From NCBI GenBank assembly GCA_016867835.1, contig VGIQ01000004.1, positions 1 to 54,344 on the forward strand: a stretch of 54,344 bases of DNA, in the 5' to 3' direction. The notes beneath the pieces were generated by a model that ran no database searches, had not been told where the DNA came from, and saw nothing but the letters and a program-made list of their open reading frames with translations. The translations under genes were made by a program, and so were the position numbers. This document shows, in pieces, positions 16,501 through 24,856 of this stretch (position 1 is its first letter; each line of letters opens with the position of its first letter). Source of the stretch: Calditrichota bacterium. GTDB taxonomy: Bacteria > Electryoneota > AABM5-125-24 > Hatepunaeales > Hatepunaeaceae.

Positions 16501-16878
16501 GACGTCGTCAAGGAGGGACTGACCTACGATCCCAACCTGAATGCCGTCTCGAGCGCAACCTTGCGGGTCGGCAATCAGGGCGGCAGCATCGCTACAGGTC
16601 CGGACATGCCGCAGGTTTATGCCATCGGCAGCGCCTTCCCGAACCCGTTCAATGCGAGTGTGAACTTGCAAGTTGCGCTGCCTGAGGCGGCTCTCTTCCA
16701 CCTTGCGCTCTACGACATGCAGGGAAGAAGGGTAGCGACGCTGCTCGAGGGGGTTCGACCGGCCGGGTGGCACCGGGCGGTCTGGACGGCAGGAACGTCC
16801 CCGGCGGGGAACTATGTGGTGGTGCTGCGGGCAGGTGAACGCATCCGTGCCACGCAGGTCATTACCTTGACGAAGTAG
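13537..16878 (+). CDS. Large secreted protein: two tandem ~390-aa hydrolase-like domains, beta-sandwich domain, Ig-like domain, T9SS C-terminal sorting domain (this frame is open from 13333)
   Basis: Internal duplication (RLTDGNSAYLMLREVLNDNYFDDNGT.../RLTDGDATYLILREVLNNNYFDDNGT...; HPSTDFISP...IQVHSYN / HPCDDYVSP...IQVHSYD). The C-terminus AFPNPFNASVNLQV...LALYDMQGRRVATL...GNYVVVLRAG...ITLTK is a T9SS CTD. Confidence 0.85.
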   Translation: MLANDPEGADAIRASAWFANYFEVIRLTDGNSAYLMLREVLNDNYFDDNGTPDDATDDVRGSFDLGWGLLVVKVNALHPAVAVQVVHPSTDFISPHVALDAFLTLDAGTLMVSGVSRNAAWSGQTYDSDSSLSDPSRNGRTALQEWNLAMLSARPGTWSIQVHSYNAYNSNGTPAHVGVNSVQLSWERENRADPNLPMMSWDHNDLISLTPDPAVPQSEAWPFAAVGIGSYYTAYYPGNYKWRGQTTIPNNVDLPGTASNCQMVASHVGHHFTYDLENWLHMELDEFPDVAAATGMSIAEFYGYTGPGSGVPTWRNFQAVVHYYRPIFTAARAWLDQAPAVPSLVQESASFDNFYMGSTAGATAYDNWVSHISEGIAQAGYNDHGPAQLDRQTNGFGRFEVINSEIGGDVVLKVLKEASRRLVTGDEAGVRYLLRNAGLGTRYQLVRLTDGDATYLILREVLNNNYFDDNGTETAADDVQGSFDLGWGLFAVRLDAPRAQIIIEAPHPCDDYVSPALALDAFHTLGAGVLMVNGAGREVAWTGVTPYTNSKSLSDPTRNGRTWFNVMHQAAVDLLDQELTIQVHSYDSDGHPNSRCGEISAADDYYPNAPLMDAGTHFDLVSLTPLYPVPANSIGAGNHAAVRVDDYYGVYYGGGYRWNNDNNIVISNYIEQPGFGSNQQMLYSHAGHNAQSDPENWLHFELDEFPNVITENIISFYGGADAVPTFADFTNEVQFFHPIFDALERYFQGPGEQVLTIAPSSEQTIIGTRQGSLAEVSASDNGYEVLTEVVSGGQPARRYSYLEHIWTFSLTGYDLSLAVEAFHNSNNENDHFVFAGSFDGQNYTELLTVTKVADDNTPQVVAINGSATGSFYLRVRDTDRTQGRTGLDRLSVDHLALTYTVGEAPADQYMAVAGIALSSRVVKRNTTVTGIVTIQSENDNPVPGAVVSARWSGIYSANVNGTTDGNGQVSFVTPQIRDASGDIVLTVLDVVKEGLTYDPNLNAVSSATLRVGNQGGSIATGPDMPQVYAIGSAFPNPFNASVNLQVALPEAALFHLALYDMQGRRVATLLEGVRPAGWHRAVWTAGTSPAGNYVVVLRAGERIRATQVITLTK

Positions 16879-16903
16879 TAGGGGGAACCCTAATCAATGC
16901 GAT

Positions 16904-16940
16904 CGCCCCGCTGGAATGACCTTCCGGCGGGGCGCTTTGC
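16904..16940 (+). terminator. Probable intrinsic terminator after the T9SS cargo gene
   Basis: 13-bp stem CGCCCCGCTGGAA-tgacc-TTCCGGCGGGGCG (one G.U pair) followed by cttt. Confidence 0.55.
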
Positions 16941-17028
16941 ATTAGGCGGAGTTTCGCGGTCAACTGCCCTTCGGTGACCGCGGCCTAACTCTGCTTATTC
17001 TCATCAACACCGATATCAGCGGTCATCA

Positions 17029-18162
17029 CTATGAGGAACGCAGTGACAAAGCAATCTGGACCTTACCCCCCACCCTCGGCGTAAAGTGATGGCAGGCCGA
17101 AAGATTCCACTGCGGCACCAGCCCGGTAATCCGCTCCCAGACCCCTTCTGCGAGGTCGCTGAAGACCTTCGCCTGAGCCGATCCGGGGGCGGCTTCCACC
17201 ACCGGACGTCCCTCATCCCCGGTCTTCCGGAAGACTGGATCGAGCGGTATCTCCCCAAGAAAGTCAACCCCCAGCGTCGCTGCCGTCTCGGCGCCGCCGC
17301 CCGCCGAAAAGACGTCCGTCCGCTCACCGCAATGCGGGCAAACGAAGTAGGACATATTTTCCAATATCCCCAAGACCGGGATGTTGACCTTGCGAAACAT
17401 CTGCAATCCGCGCCTCGCGTCGATCAGCGCCACATCGGACGGCGTGGTCACAATCACCGCGCCATCGACCGGCACCTGCTGCGCCAGCGTCAACTGCGCG
17501 TCGCCGGTGCCGGGCGGCAGATCGACCACCAGACAGTCCAGAGTCCCCCAATCGACATCGTGCAGAAACTGATCGATAGCCTTCATCACCATCGGCCCGC
17601 GCCAGATCATCGGCGCGTCTGAGGGAATAAAGAAACCGATCGATATCACCTTCAGGCCAAAGGCTTCCGCCGGCCGGATACGCTGATTGGGCGAGGGCGG
17701 AACGCCGTGCACACCGAGCATCGTTGGAGCCGAAGGTCCGTAAATGTCGGCGTCGAGCAGCCCCACACCCAAGCCCATCCGGCTTAGTGCCAGCGCGAGG
17801 TTGACGGCAACGGTCGACTTGCCGACGCCGCCTTTGCCGGAAGCGACCGCAACGATCAACTTGACGCCCTCCAGTCGCGCCTGACCGGCCCAGGGATCGT
17901 CCGGAGCGGTCGGGTTGGCTCGCTCGGAGCCATCGGGAAGCACCTCCACGACTTCGGTGATGTCGGGCGCTTCTTTGCGTATAGCGGCTACAATGCCGCG
18001 TTTAAGGGTGACCGTCGAAGACGGGCAGCCCTGGCAATGCCCTTGAAGGCGGACAAAGACCTTACGGTCCCGGACGTCGAGCAGTTCGACGTCGCCGCCG
18101 TCGGACCTGAGCGCCGGGCGTATCGCCGCCAGCGCTGCTTCGACCTGATGATGTAATGACAT
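17029..18162 (-). CDS. apbC: Fe-S cluster carrier ATPase Mrp/ApbC/NBP35 fused to an N-terminal Nfu/NifU-C-terminal-like domain
   Basis: N-terminus ...IRPALRSDGGDVELLDVRDRKVFVRLQGHCQGCPSSTVTLK (Nfu CxxC motif), then VAVASGKGGVGKSTVAVNLALAL and a CPHCG motif (Mrp family). Confidence 0.85.
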   Translation of the reverse strand: MSLHHQVEAALAAIRPALRSDGGDVELLDVRDRKVFVRLQGHCQGCPSSTVTLKRGIVAAIRKEAPDITEVVEVLPDGSERANPTAPDDPWAGQARLEGVKLIVAVASGKGGVGKSTVAVNLALALSRMGLGVGLLDADIYGPSAPTMLGVHGVPPSPNQRIRPAEAFGLKVISIGFFIPSDAPMIWRGPMVMKAIDQFLHDVDWGTLDCLVVDLPPGTGDAQLTLAQQVPVDGAVIVTTPSDVALIDARRGLQMFRKVNIPVLGILENMSYFVCPHCGERTDVFSAGGGAETAATLGVDFLGEIPLDPVFRKTGDEGRPVVEAAPGSAQAKVFSDLAEGVWERITGLVPQWNLSACHHFTPRVGGKVQIALSLRSS

Positions 18163-18268
18163 TAGACCTTTGGGGACAGATTCTCTTCAAGAATATACGC
18201 CGCCAACCACCGCCCATAAGCCTTCCTACCTGCTCCCACCCAGCGACTTAACGACTCAACGACTCATC

Positions 18269-18284
18269 TGGCACACCCCTTGCC
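18269..18284 (+). promoter_or_regulatory. Sigma-54 (RpoN) -24/-12 promoter upstream of flhA
   Basis: TGGCAC-accccTTGCc matches the consensus TGGCAC-N5-TTGCW with the correct GG-N10-GC spacing, 64 nt upstream of the flhA ATG. Confidence 0.6.
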
Positions 18285-18347
18285 TTTCTATCCGCTGGAC
18301 GACTCCCAACAGGCAAATTTTGCCTGCAAAGTCGCTTGCTTCCACTT

Positions 18348-20417
18348 ATGAAACCGCACCATCTGCATAATCCGTTCATCGAACGGCTGACCGAGCGCAG
18401 CGACGTCATTATCGCGGTTGCTGTCGTCGGGATCCTGATCCTGATGATCTTCCCGATCCCGACGCCGCTGCTCGATGTGCTGCTGGCATTTGGCATTGCC
18501 GTCGCGCTGCTGGTTCTGTTGATGGCAATGTATGCCACCGAGCCGCTCGAGTTCTCGGTCTTCCCGGGGCTGCTTCTGGTTCTGACGCTTCTGCGATTAG
18601 GGCTGAACGTTGCCTCGACACGGCTCATCCTGGCGGATGGATTTGCCGGTCATGTGATCGAAGCCTTCGGCGGATTCGTGGTGAAGGGTAATTATGTCGT
18701 CGGGTTGATCATCTTCCTGATACTGGTGGTGATCAATTTCGTCGTCATTACCAAAGGCTCGGGACGCATCGCCGAAGTTGCCGCGCGCTTTACCCTCGAT
18801 GCGATGCCGGGCAAGCAAATGGCCATCGATGCCGACCTGAACAACGGCATCATCGACGAAAAAGAAGCCCGCGAACGGCGCGATAAGATCGCCCGCGAAG
18901 CCGATTTTTACGGCGCTATGGACGGCGCAGCCAAGTTCGTTCGGGGAGATGCCGTCGCCGGGCTTCTGATTACACTGGTCAACATCGTCGGCGGACTAAT
19001 CATCGGCGTCGTCCAAAAGGGCATGCCGCTCATCGAGGCGGTGCAGAAGTATACCCTCCTCACCATCGGCGACGGACTGGTCACGCAAGTTCCGGCGCTT
19101 ATCGTCTCGACAGCCGCCGGCGTCCTCGTCAGCCGCGCGGCTTCAGAATCGAACCTGGGCCGGGACATCACCGGGCAGTTGCTGAGCCAGCCGCGAGCCA
19201 TTGCCATCGCCTCGGGGGTGCTCGGCTTCTTCGCCCTGATGCCGGGACTGCCGACGGTGCCGTTCCTGATTCTGGCCGGATCGACCGGCTACCTGGCGGT
19301 GATGACGAAGCGCGGTGCCCTGCTCGCCGAACGCCATGCTGCCGAAGCCCCCAAGACGAGCCGTCCCGAAGAAAAAATCACCGACTTCCTCCACGTCGAT
19401 CCCCTCGAACTCGAGATCGGCTACGGCTTGATCCCGCTTGTCGATAAAGAGCAGGATGGCGATCTGGTCAATCGCATCGGCGTCATCCGTAAGCAGCAAG
19501 CCCTCGAGACCGGCATTGTCATTCCGCCGATCCGCATTCGCGACAACCTGCAACTGAAAGCAAGCGACTACCTGCTGAAGGTGCGCGGCAACGAAGTCGC
19601 CCGCGGCGAACTTCGCGTCGGCAATCTTCTCGCTCTAAATCCCGGCGGCGCCGCCGGCAAGGTCAAGGGCATCGCCACCCGTGAACCTACCTTCGGCCTG
19701 CCCGCCCTCTGGATCGCCGAGGCGGAGCGCGAAAGCGCCGAAAATTATGGCTGGACCGTCGTCGAGCCGGCGGCCGTCCTGGCTACTCACATCGTCGAGA
19801 TTCTGAAGCGGAATGCTCACAAGATTCTCTCCCGCGAGGAAGCCAAGAAACTGCTCGACAACCTGAAAGCAACCTCCCCGTCAGTTGTCGAGGAGTTGAT
19901 TCCGAACTTGCTTACGCTCGGGACGGTGCACAAAATACTGCAGAAACTATTGAAGGAAGGGGTGCCGATCCGCGACCTCGCGATCATCCTCGAGACCCTC
20001 TCCGACTGGGCTCCGCATACCAAGGACGCCGATTTGCTGACCGAATATGTCCGCTACGCCCTCGCGCCGACCATCACCGAGCGGTTTTCCGATGAGGATG
20101 GCAAGATCTACGCCATTACCCTCGACCCGACGCTCGAGAGCCAGATCGCCGAGGAATTGCAGCGGTCACAAAATCGCGGACTCGGCGGACTGGCTCTCTC
20201 GCCGATGCTGATCAATAGCATCTACCGGCAGTTGATCCGGTTGACCGAAGAAATGACGAGCCAGGGCCGGCGTCCCATTGTGGTCTGCTCACCGACGGTC
20301 CGGGCCGCCTTCCACCGCCTTCTTGAGCCGGTGATGCCGCACGTGGCGGTAATCTCTTACGGTGAATTACTCGTCAATACGCCGGTCGAATCGACCGGAA
20401 TGGTGTCGCCCGAATGA
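18348..20417 (+). CDS. flhA: Flagellar type III export gate protein FlhA
   Basis: ARFTLDAMPGKQMAIDADLNNG...EADFYGAMDGAAKFVRGDAVAG is the FHIPEP signature. ATG 18348 is preferred over the upstream TTG 18336. Confidence 0.95.
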   Translation: MKPHHLHNPFIERLTERSDVIIAVAVVGILILMIFPIPTPLLDVLLAFGIAVALLVLLMAMYATEPLEFSVFPGLLLVLTLLRLGLNVASTRLILADGFAGHVIEAFGGFVVKGNYVVGLIIFLILVVINFVVITKGSGRIAEVAARFTLDAMPGKQMAIDADLNNGIIDEKEARERRDKIAREADFYGAMDGAAKFVRGDAVAGLLITLVNIVGGLIIGVVQKGMPLIEAVQKYTLLTIGDGLVTQVPALIVSTAAGVLVSRAASESNLGRDITGQLLSQPRAIAIASGVLGFFALMPGLPTVPFLILAGSTGYLAVMTKRGALLAERHAAEAPKTSRPEEKITDFLHVDPLELEIGYGLIPLVDKEQDGDLVNRIGVIRKQQALETGIVIPPIRIRDNLQLKASDYLLKVRGNEVARGELRVGNLLALNPGGAAGKVKGIATREPTFGLPALWIAEAERESAENYGWTVVEPAAVLATHIVEILKRNAHKILSREEAKKLLDNLKATSPSVVEELIPNLLTLGTVHKILQKLLKEGVPIRDLAIILETLSDWAPHTKDADLLTEYVRYALAPTITERFSDEDGKIYAITLDPTLESQIAEELQRSQNRGLGGLALSPMLINSIYRQLIRLTEEMTSQGRRPIVVCSPTVRAAFHRLLEPVMPHVAVISYGELLVNTPVESTGMVSPE

Positions 20418-21619
20418 ACGTCCGCAGGTTTGAAGCCGCCTCAGTGAGCGAAGCGCTCGCCGCCGTGAAAAAAGAGTTCGGCGACGAAGCCGTGATCCTT
20501 CGGACGCGGTCGGTCCGCAAGGATGGGTGGCTCCCCTTCCGGACCCGCCAGATGATAGAAGTTACCGCCGCTTCACCCGACCGGGCGCCGGTCCCGGGTC
20601 TGATGGAGTCGGCTCCCCGCGACGAGGCCATAGATAAGGCCCGTCAACTGTTGACCCAGCGCTCCGCCGCGAACGGAGCGATGGAACTGAAGGAAGACAT
20701 TTCCGAACTGAAGGAGCATATCCGCATGCTGGCTGAACAGATTCGTCTGGAACGCGCGCCATCACTCCCGCCGACGCTCGATCGCGCGCTGCTGAACTTG
20801 AGCCGGTCGGGGCTCGAACGTTCGATTGCAGGGGGGATCGCATCGCACCTTTGTCAACTCTATCCGGGTGAGACGCTGGAGAAGTCGGAATTCGTCGAGC
20901 GGGAACTGCGCGACGCCGTTGCCGGGATGATCAAACTGCGCCGTCCGCCGCTGAAATCACCCGGCAGGGCGCGCATCGTTGCCATCGTCGGGCCTACCGG
21001 TGTCGGCAAGACAACGACCCTTGCCAAGTTGGTAACCAGTTACCGGTTCTGGGGGAAGTGTGACACCGCGCTCGTTTCGGCGGACACCTACCGCGTCGCC
21101 GCGCTCGAGCAACTGAAGACCTTTGCTTCGATTGCCGGCCTGCCTATGGAGACGGCTTATCAACCCGGAGCTATGAAGAGCGCCATCGGACGGCATAAGC
21201 ACCGCGACGCCATCTTCATCGATACCGCCGGTCGCTCGACCGCCGACCCCGACCGGATCGAAGAACTGGCGACTTTTCTCGAAGCCGGAGGCGTCGATGA
21301 AGTGCTCCTTTGTCTGGCCGTCTCAACCCGCCTTGAGGATCAACTGGCGATCATCGGACGTTATGCCCTGCTCAAACCGACCGGGATCATCTTCACCAAA
21401 CTCGCCGAGACCCGCGCGCCGGGAGCCATCGTCAATGTCGGTGCGCAGACTGAATTGCCGGTGACCTTTATCACCTGCGGGCAAAATGTCCCCGACGACG
21501 ACATCCTGATGGCCGATCCGCGCCGAATTGCCGAGGTGGTTCTGCACCCCGAGTCGATGGAACAACTTCTGAAAAGCCGCTTTTCGCCTTGGATCGGCAA
21601 CCCTGGAGCCGATGCGTGA
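20414..21619 (+). CDS. flhF: Flagellar SRP-type GTPase FlhF
   Basis: IVGPTGVGKTTTLAKL, DTYRVAALEQLK, IDTAGRS. 4-nt overlap with flhA. Confidence 0.9.
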   Translation: MNVRRFEAASVSEALAAVKKEFGDEAVILRTRSVRKDGWLPFRTRQMIEVTAASPDRAPVPGLMESAPRDEAIDKARQLLTQRSAANGAMELKEDISELKEHIRMLAEQIRLERAPSLPPTLDRALLNLSRSGLERSIAGGIASHLCQLYPGETLEKSEFVERELRDAVAGMIKLRRPPLKSPGRARIVAIVGPTGVGKTTTLAKLVTSYRFWGKCDTALVSADTYRVAALEQLKTFASIAGLPMETAYQPGAMKSAIGRHKHRDAIFIDTAGRSTADPDRIEELATFLEAGGVDEVLLCLAVSTRLEDQLAIIGRYALLKPTGIIFTKLAETRAPGAIVNVGAQTELPVTFITCGQNVPDDDILMADPRRIAEVVLHPESMEQLLKSRFSPWIGNPGADA

Positions 21620-22491
21620 ATGCCGACCAGGCAGCCGCCCTGCGTAGCCGCGCAGCCGAGTCGCGAGCCGTCGAACGGGCTTCGCGCAGTGCTCTACGTC
21701 TCACGGTGACCAGCGGAAAGGGCGGCGTCGGAAAGTCGAATTTTGCGCTAAATGCAGCGATTGCGCTCGCCGCGCTCGACCGTCGGGTGTTGCTCGTCGA
21801 TGCCGATGCCAACCTCGCCAACCTCGATCTGCTGATCGGCGTCAATCCCAAGCACAACTTGGGCGACGTCTTTCGCGGGCGAGCCGGTCTGAACGACGTC
21901 CTGATCGACGGCCCCGGCGGATTGAAAATCCTCCCCGGAGCCTCGGGCGACCTCGAACTGCTCGATCACGACGCCGAAATCGAACAGCGCCTTTCGGAAG
22001 GCTTTCGCACGCTCGACCGCTCGTTCGACGTGATCCTGATCGACACCGGAGCCGGACTTTCGCCGGAGATCGTATCCTATGCCGCTGCTGCCGACGACAC
22101 CGTGATCGTTACCCATGCCGAGCCGACCGCGACCGCCGATGCCTATGCGATGATCAAGGTGATCTCGCAGCGCAACCCAAACGCACGCATTCACATCCTG
22201 GTCAATATGGTGCGCAGTCAGACCGAAGCCGAAGACCTCTTCGACCGGCTCAGTCTGGTGGTGCAGAACTTCCTTCAGTTTCCGCTTGAGTTCCTCGGTT
22301 TCATACCGAACGACCCTCAGGTGCGTATAGCGGTGGCTGCCCAGCGTCCGTTTTCAGTCCTCTTTCCTAATTCACCGGCCGCCATAGCCGTGCGGATGAT
22401 GGTGCGCAAACTGCTGCGGATGCCGTGGACCGGCGGAACCCCGGAACGGGAGTCGCTCTGGTCCAGAGTCTTCGGTGGCAGGACGCAATAA
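21616..22491 (+). CDS. flhG: MinD/ParA-type ATPase FlhG (FleN/YlxH)
   Basis: SGKGGVGKSNFALNAAIALA deviant Walker A. N-terminal DQAAALR resembles the FlhF-activating DQAxxLR motif. GTG 21616 overlaps the flhF stop (GTGA); an upstream TTG at 21589 is also possible. Confidence 0.85.
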   Translation: MNADQAAALRSRAAESRAVERASRSALRLTVTSGKGGVGKSNFALNAAIALAALDRRVLLVDADANLANLDLLIGVNPKHNLGDVFRGRAGLNDVLIDGPGGLKILPGASGDLELLDHDAEIEQRLSEGFRTLDRSFDVILIDTGAGLSPEIVSYAAAADDTVIVTHAEPTATADAYAMIKVISQRNPNARIHILVNMVRSQTEAEDLFDRLSLVVQNFLQFPLEFLGFIPNDPQVRIAVAAQRPFSVLFPNSPAAIAVRMMVRKLLRMPWTGGTPERESLWSRVFGGRTQ

Positions 22492-22554
22492 AAATGGAGG
22501 GCAGGAGTCCATCCGCCCAAGAAGACGGCATAAGTCAGATACAGTTAGAGTCAT

Positions 22555-22872
22555 ATGGAAAGATCCACTATAACTAATTTCAGCGTGCTAAGCCGTCAGG
22601 TTGCTGCGATGCTTGCCGTCGTCGTCTTTCTGGGACGCCTCTGGCGTGATGCCGGTCCGCTCGACGCGCTATTTGCCGCTGCGGTCGTCTATCTCGCCCT
22701 CTCGACGACCGGGCTCCTGATACGCGGCATCCTGATACGCCTGGTTGACGATCGCGCGTCGTCAAAGTCCGGGGTTGAACAACCCGCGCCCTCGCCCGCT
22801 GAAGCGCCACCGACGCCCCCCCCAACGCTCGACAACCCTCTGGCTGCTTTTGACCTCGGAGTTCGGGGGTGA
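22555..22872 (+). CDS. Hypothetical small membrane protein between flhG and fliA
   Basis: 105 aa with two hydrophobic helices and a Pro-rich tail. Its stop overlaps the fliA GTG (GTGA), suggesting translational coupling. Contains a C8 tract at 22816-22823. Confidence 0.5.
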   Translation: MERSTITNFSVLSRQVAAMLAVVVFLGRLWRDAGPLDALFAAAVVYLALSTTGLLIRGILIRLVDDRASSKSGVEQPAPSPAEAPPTPPPTLDNPLAAFDLGVRG

Positions 22873-23669
22873 GCGCGCTGGCGTCGCAACTCTATCGCCC
22901 CCCGGTCGAGCCGGACGGCGATGTAACCCGCCTCTGGGAGACCTATATCGTGCAGCGCGACGGGCTGCTGCGCGAGCGCTTGCTCGTCCATTACATCCCG
23001 CTGGTAAAACAGGTCGCCGGAAGGATGAAGGTCGGGCTGCCCGGTTCGGTTGCCTACGACGACGTCGTCAGCGCCGGCCTTATGGGCCTTTTGAATTGCA
23101 TCGACGCCTTCGAACCGGGGCGTGGTTTTAAATTCGAGACCTTCGCCCTGCCGCGCATCCGGGGAGCGATCCTCGACGGTCTGCGCGAAATCGATTATTT
23201 GCCGCGTTCAACCCGCCGCAAGGTGAAAATGCTCGACGCGGCAACCGAGAAACTGACCGCCGACTTGGGAAGACCGCCCGATGACCGGGAGGTCGCCGAG
23301 GAACTCGGACTGGAAGGCGAAGACTATACCCGATTCATGGAGTCGGCAGGAGACTTTCCTGTCGTGTCGCTCGACGCACCGATCGCCGGCGAAGAAGGCG
23401 AAACCGGGTCCCTAAATGACCTCATCCCCGACGACGAAGCCGATCCCCACGCCCGCCTCGAGGAAAAGGACGCTCAAAATTGCGCACTTCGCCTCATTGA
23501 TGAACTTCCGGAGGTTGACCGGGCAGTTATCGCCTTATATTACTATGAAGAACTGACCCTTCGGGAGATCGGCCTCGTCCTCGGCGTCAGCGAATCGCGC
23601 GTCTCGCAAATCCATTCCCGCATCCTTTCGACGTTGCGAGGAAGACTGCGCAATCTGCTGGAGAAATGA
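22869..23669 (+). CDS. fliA: Flagellar sigma factor FliA (sigma-28)
   Basis: Sigma-70 family regions 2-4. YYYEELTLREIGLVLGVSESRVSQIHSRIL is a region 4.2 HTH. Sits directly after flhF-flhG. Confidence 0.9.
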   Translation: MSALASQLYRPPVEPDGDVTRLWETYIVQRDGLLRERLLVHYIPLVKQVAGRMKVGLPGSVAYDDVVSAGLMGLLNCIDAFEPGRGFKFETFALPRIRGAILDGLREIDYLPRSTRRKVKMLDAATEKLTADLGRPPDDREVAEELGLEGEDYTRFMESAGDFPVVSLDAPIAGEEGETGSLNDLIPDDEADPHARLEEKDAQNCALRLIDELPEVDRAVIALYYYEELTLREIGLVLGVSESRVSQIHSRILSTLRGRLRNLLEK

Positions 23670-23672
23670 GAG

Positions 23673-23897
23673 ATGGACGGACTTACCCCCGCACCGGTGA
23701 TAATCCATCCCCCGTTGGTCACCCATCAAACACCCCGTCAGCGCGAGGAGCGTCGCCGGAGTGCACCGGATAATACGCCGGAGGCTGAGGAAGACGAGGA
23801 AGCGGATTCGGATGGTGAACCCGATACGTCCTTGTCGCTTGACGCCTCCCCATCCGGAAACCAATCGTTGGGGAAACATGTCGATATCCAGATTTAG
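23673..23897 (+). CDS. Hypothetical small acidic protein (coding status uncertain)
   Basis: 74 aa ORF starting 4 nt after the fliA stop. Low-complexity acidic centre (EAEEDEEADSDGE). Third-position GC is lower than in neighbouring genes. Confidence 0.3.
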   Translation: MDGLTPAPVIIHPPLVTHQTPRQREERRRSAPDNTPEAEEDEEADSDGEPDTSLSLDASPSGNQSLGKHVDIQI

Positions 23898-23953
23898 GCG
23901 CGCATTAGAGTCCCGGCAATGCGCGAAGGTCGAGGTCCATCATTCCAAAGGTA

Positions 23954-24856
23954 GTGCCCGTGGACGATAAGGCGCGTCTCGAACGGATGCGCCAGATCAC
24001 CCAGCGCGTCAACAACATACCAACTCTTCCGGCGGTGATGATGAAGGTCATCCATATGGTCGATGACCCGAAGACAACCGCCGCTGCACTTTCCGAGTTC
24101 ATCGGCCGCGATCAAGCACTTACCGCCAAGATCCTGAAACTTGCCAACTCCGCTTTCTACGGCTTCCCGCAAAAGATCGGCACCATCAACCTGGCCATCG
24201 TCGTCCTCGGATTCGAATCGGTTAAAGACCTCGGCCTCTCGGCTTCGGTAGTCGAAGCCTTCGACGAAAAGGAATATGGCGACGTCTTCGATCTGCACCG
24301 TTTTTGGGTTCACTCGGTCGCAGTAGCTGCGGGCTGCAAGATCCTGACACGCCATGTCCGGGTCAGCATTGCCGGAGAAATCTTCGTCGCCGGACTGCTT
24401 CACGACCTGGGTAAACTGATCCTTTGCCGCTTCCTGACCGACGACTATCGCAAGGTGGTTGCTGAGGCGTCCGGGCGCAAGGAAGAGATCTACCAGATCG
24501 AACTTGAGCAACTCGGCTTCAGCCACGCCGACGTCGGCGGCTGGCTCGCAGAGCAATGGAACCTGCCGCAACATCAGACGAGCGCAATCTACTACCATCC
24601 CTACCCTTGGCTCTCCTACCGCGAGCCAAACCTTGCGATGGTGGTCAATCTCGCCAATCTCCTTGCCTACAAGTCCGGCTATGAGCCGTTCGAGTATGCC
24701 GCCCCCCCGCAACTCCATCCCAAGGTGATTTCCTACCTGAAATTGAAGAAGACCGAGGCCGGCGAGGTTGACTGGGAGCATTATCAGACCAGTCTGAACG
24801 AGGAGATGGAGCGCGCCAAGGGCTTTCTCTCACTGCTGCGTCAAGGTGGTGCGTGA
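23954..24856 (+). CDS. HDOD-domain signalling protein
   Basis: IPTLPAVMMKVIHMVDDPKTTAAALSEFIGRDQALTAKILKLANSAFYG...AGLLHDLGKL. Confidence 0.85.
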   Translation: MPVDDKARLERMRQITQRVNNIPTLPAVMMKVIHMVDDPKTTAAALSEFIGRDQALTAKILKLANSAFYGFPQKIGTINLAIVVLGFESVKDLGLSASVVEAFDEKEYGDVFDLHRFWVHSVAVAAGCKILTRHVRVSIAGEIFVAGLLHDLGKLILCRFLTDDYRKVVAEASGRKEEIYQIELEQLGFSHADVGGWLAEQWNLPQHQTSAIYYHPYPWLSYREPNLAMVVNLANLLAYKSGYEPFEYAAPPQLHPKVISYLKLKKTEAGEVDWEHYQTSLNEEMERAKGFLSLLRQGGA

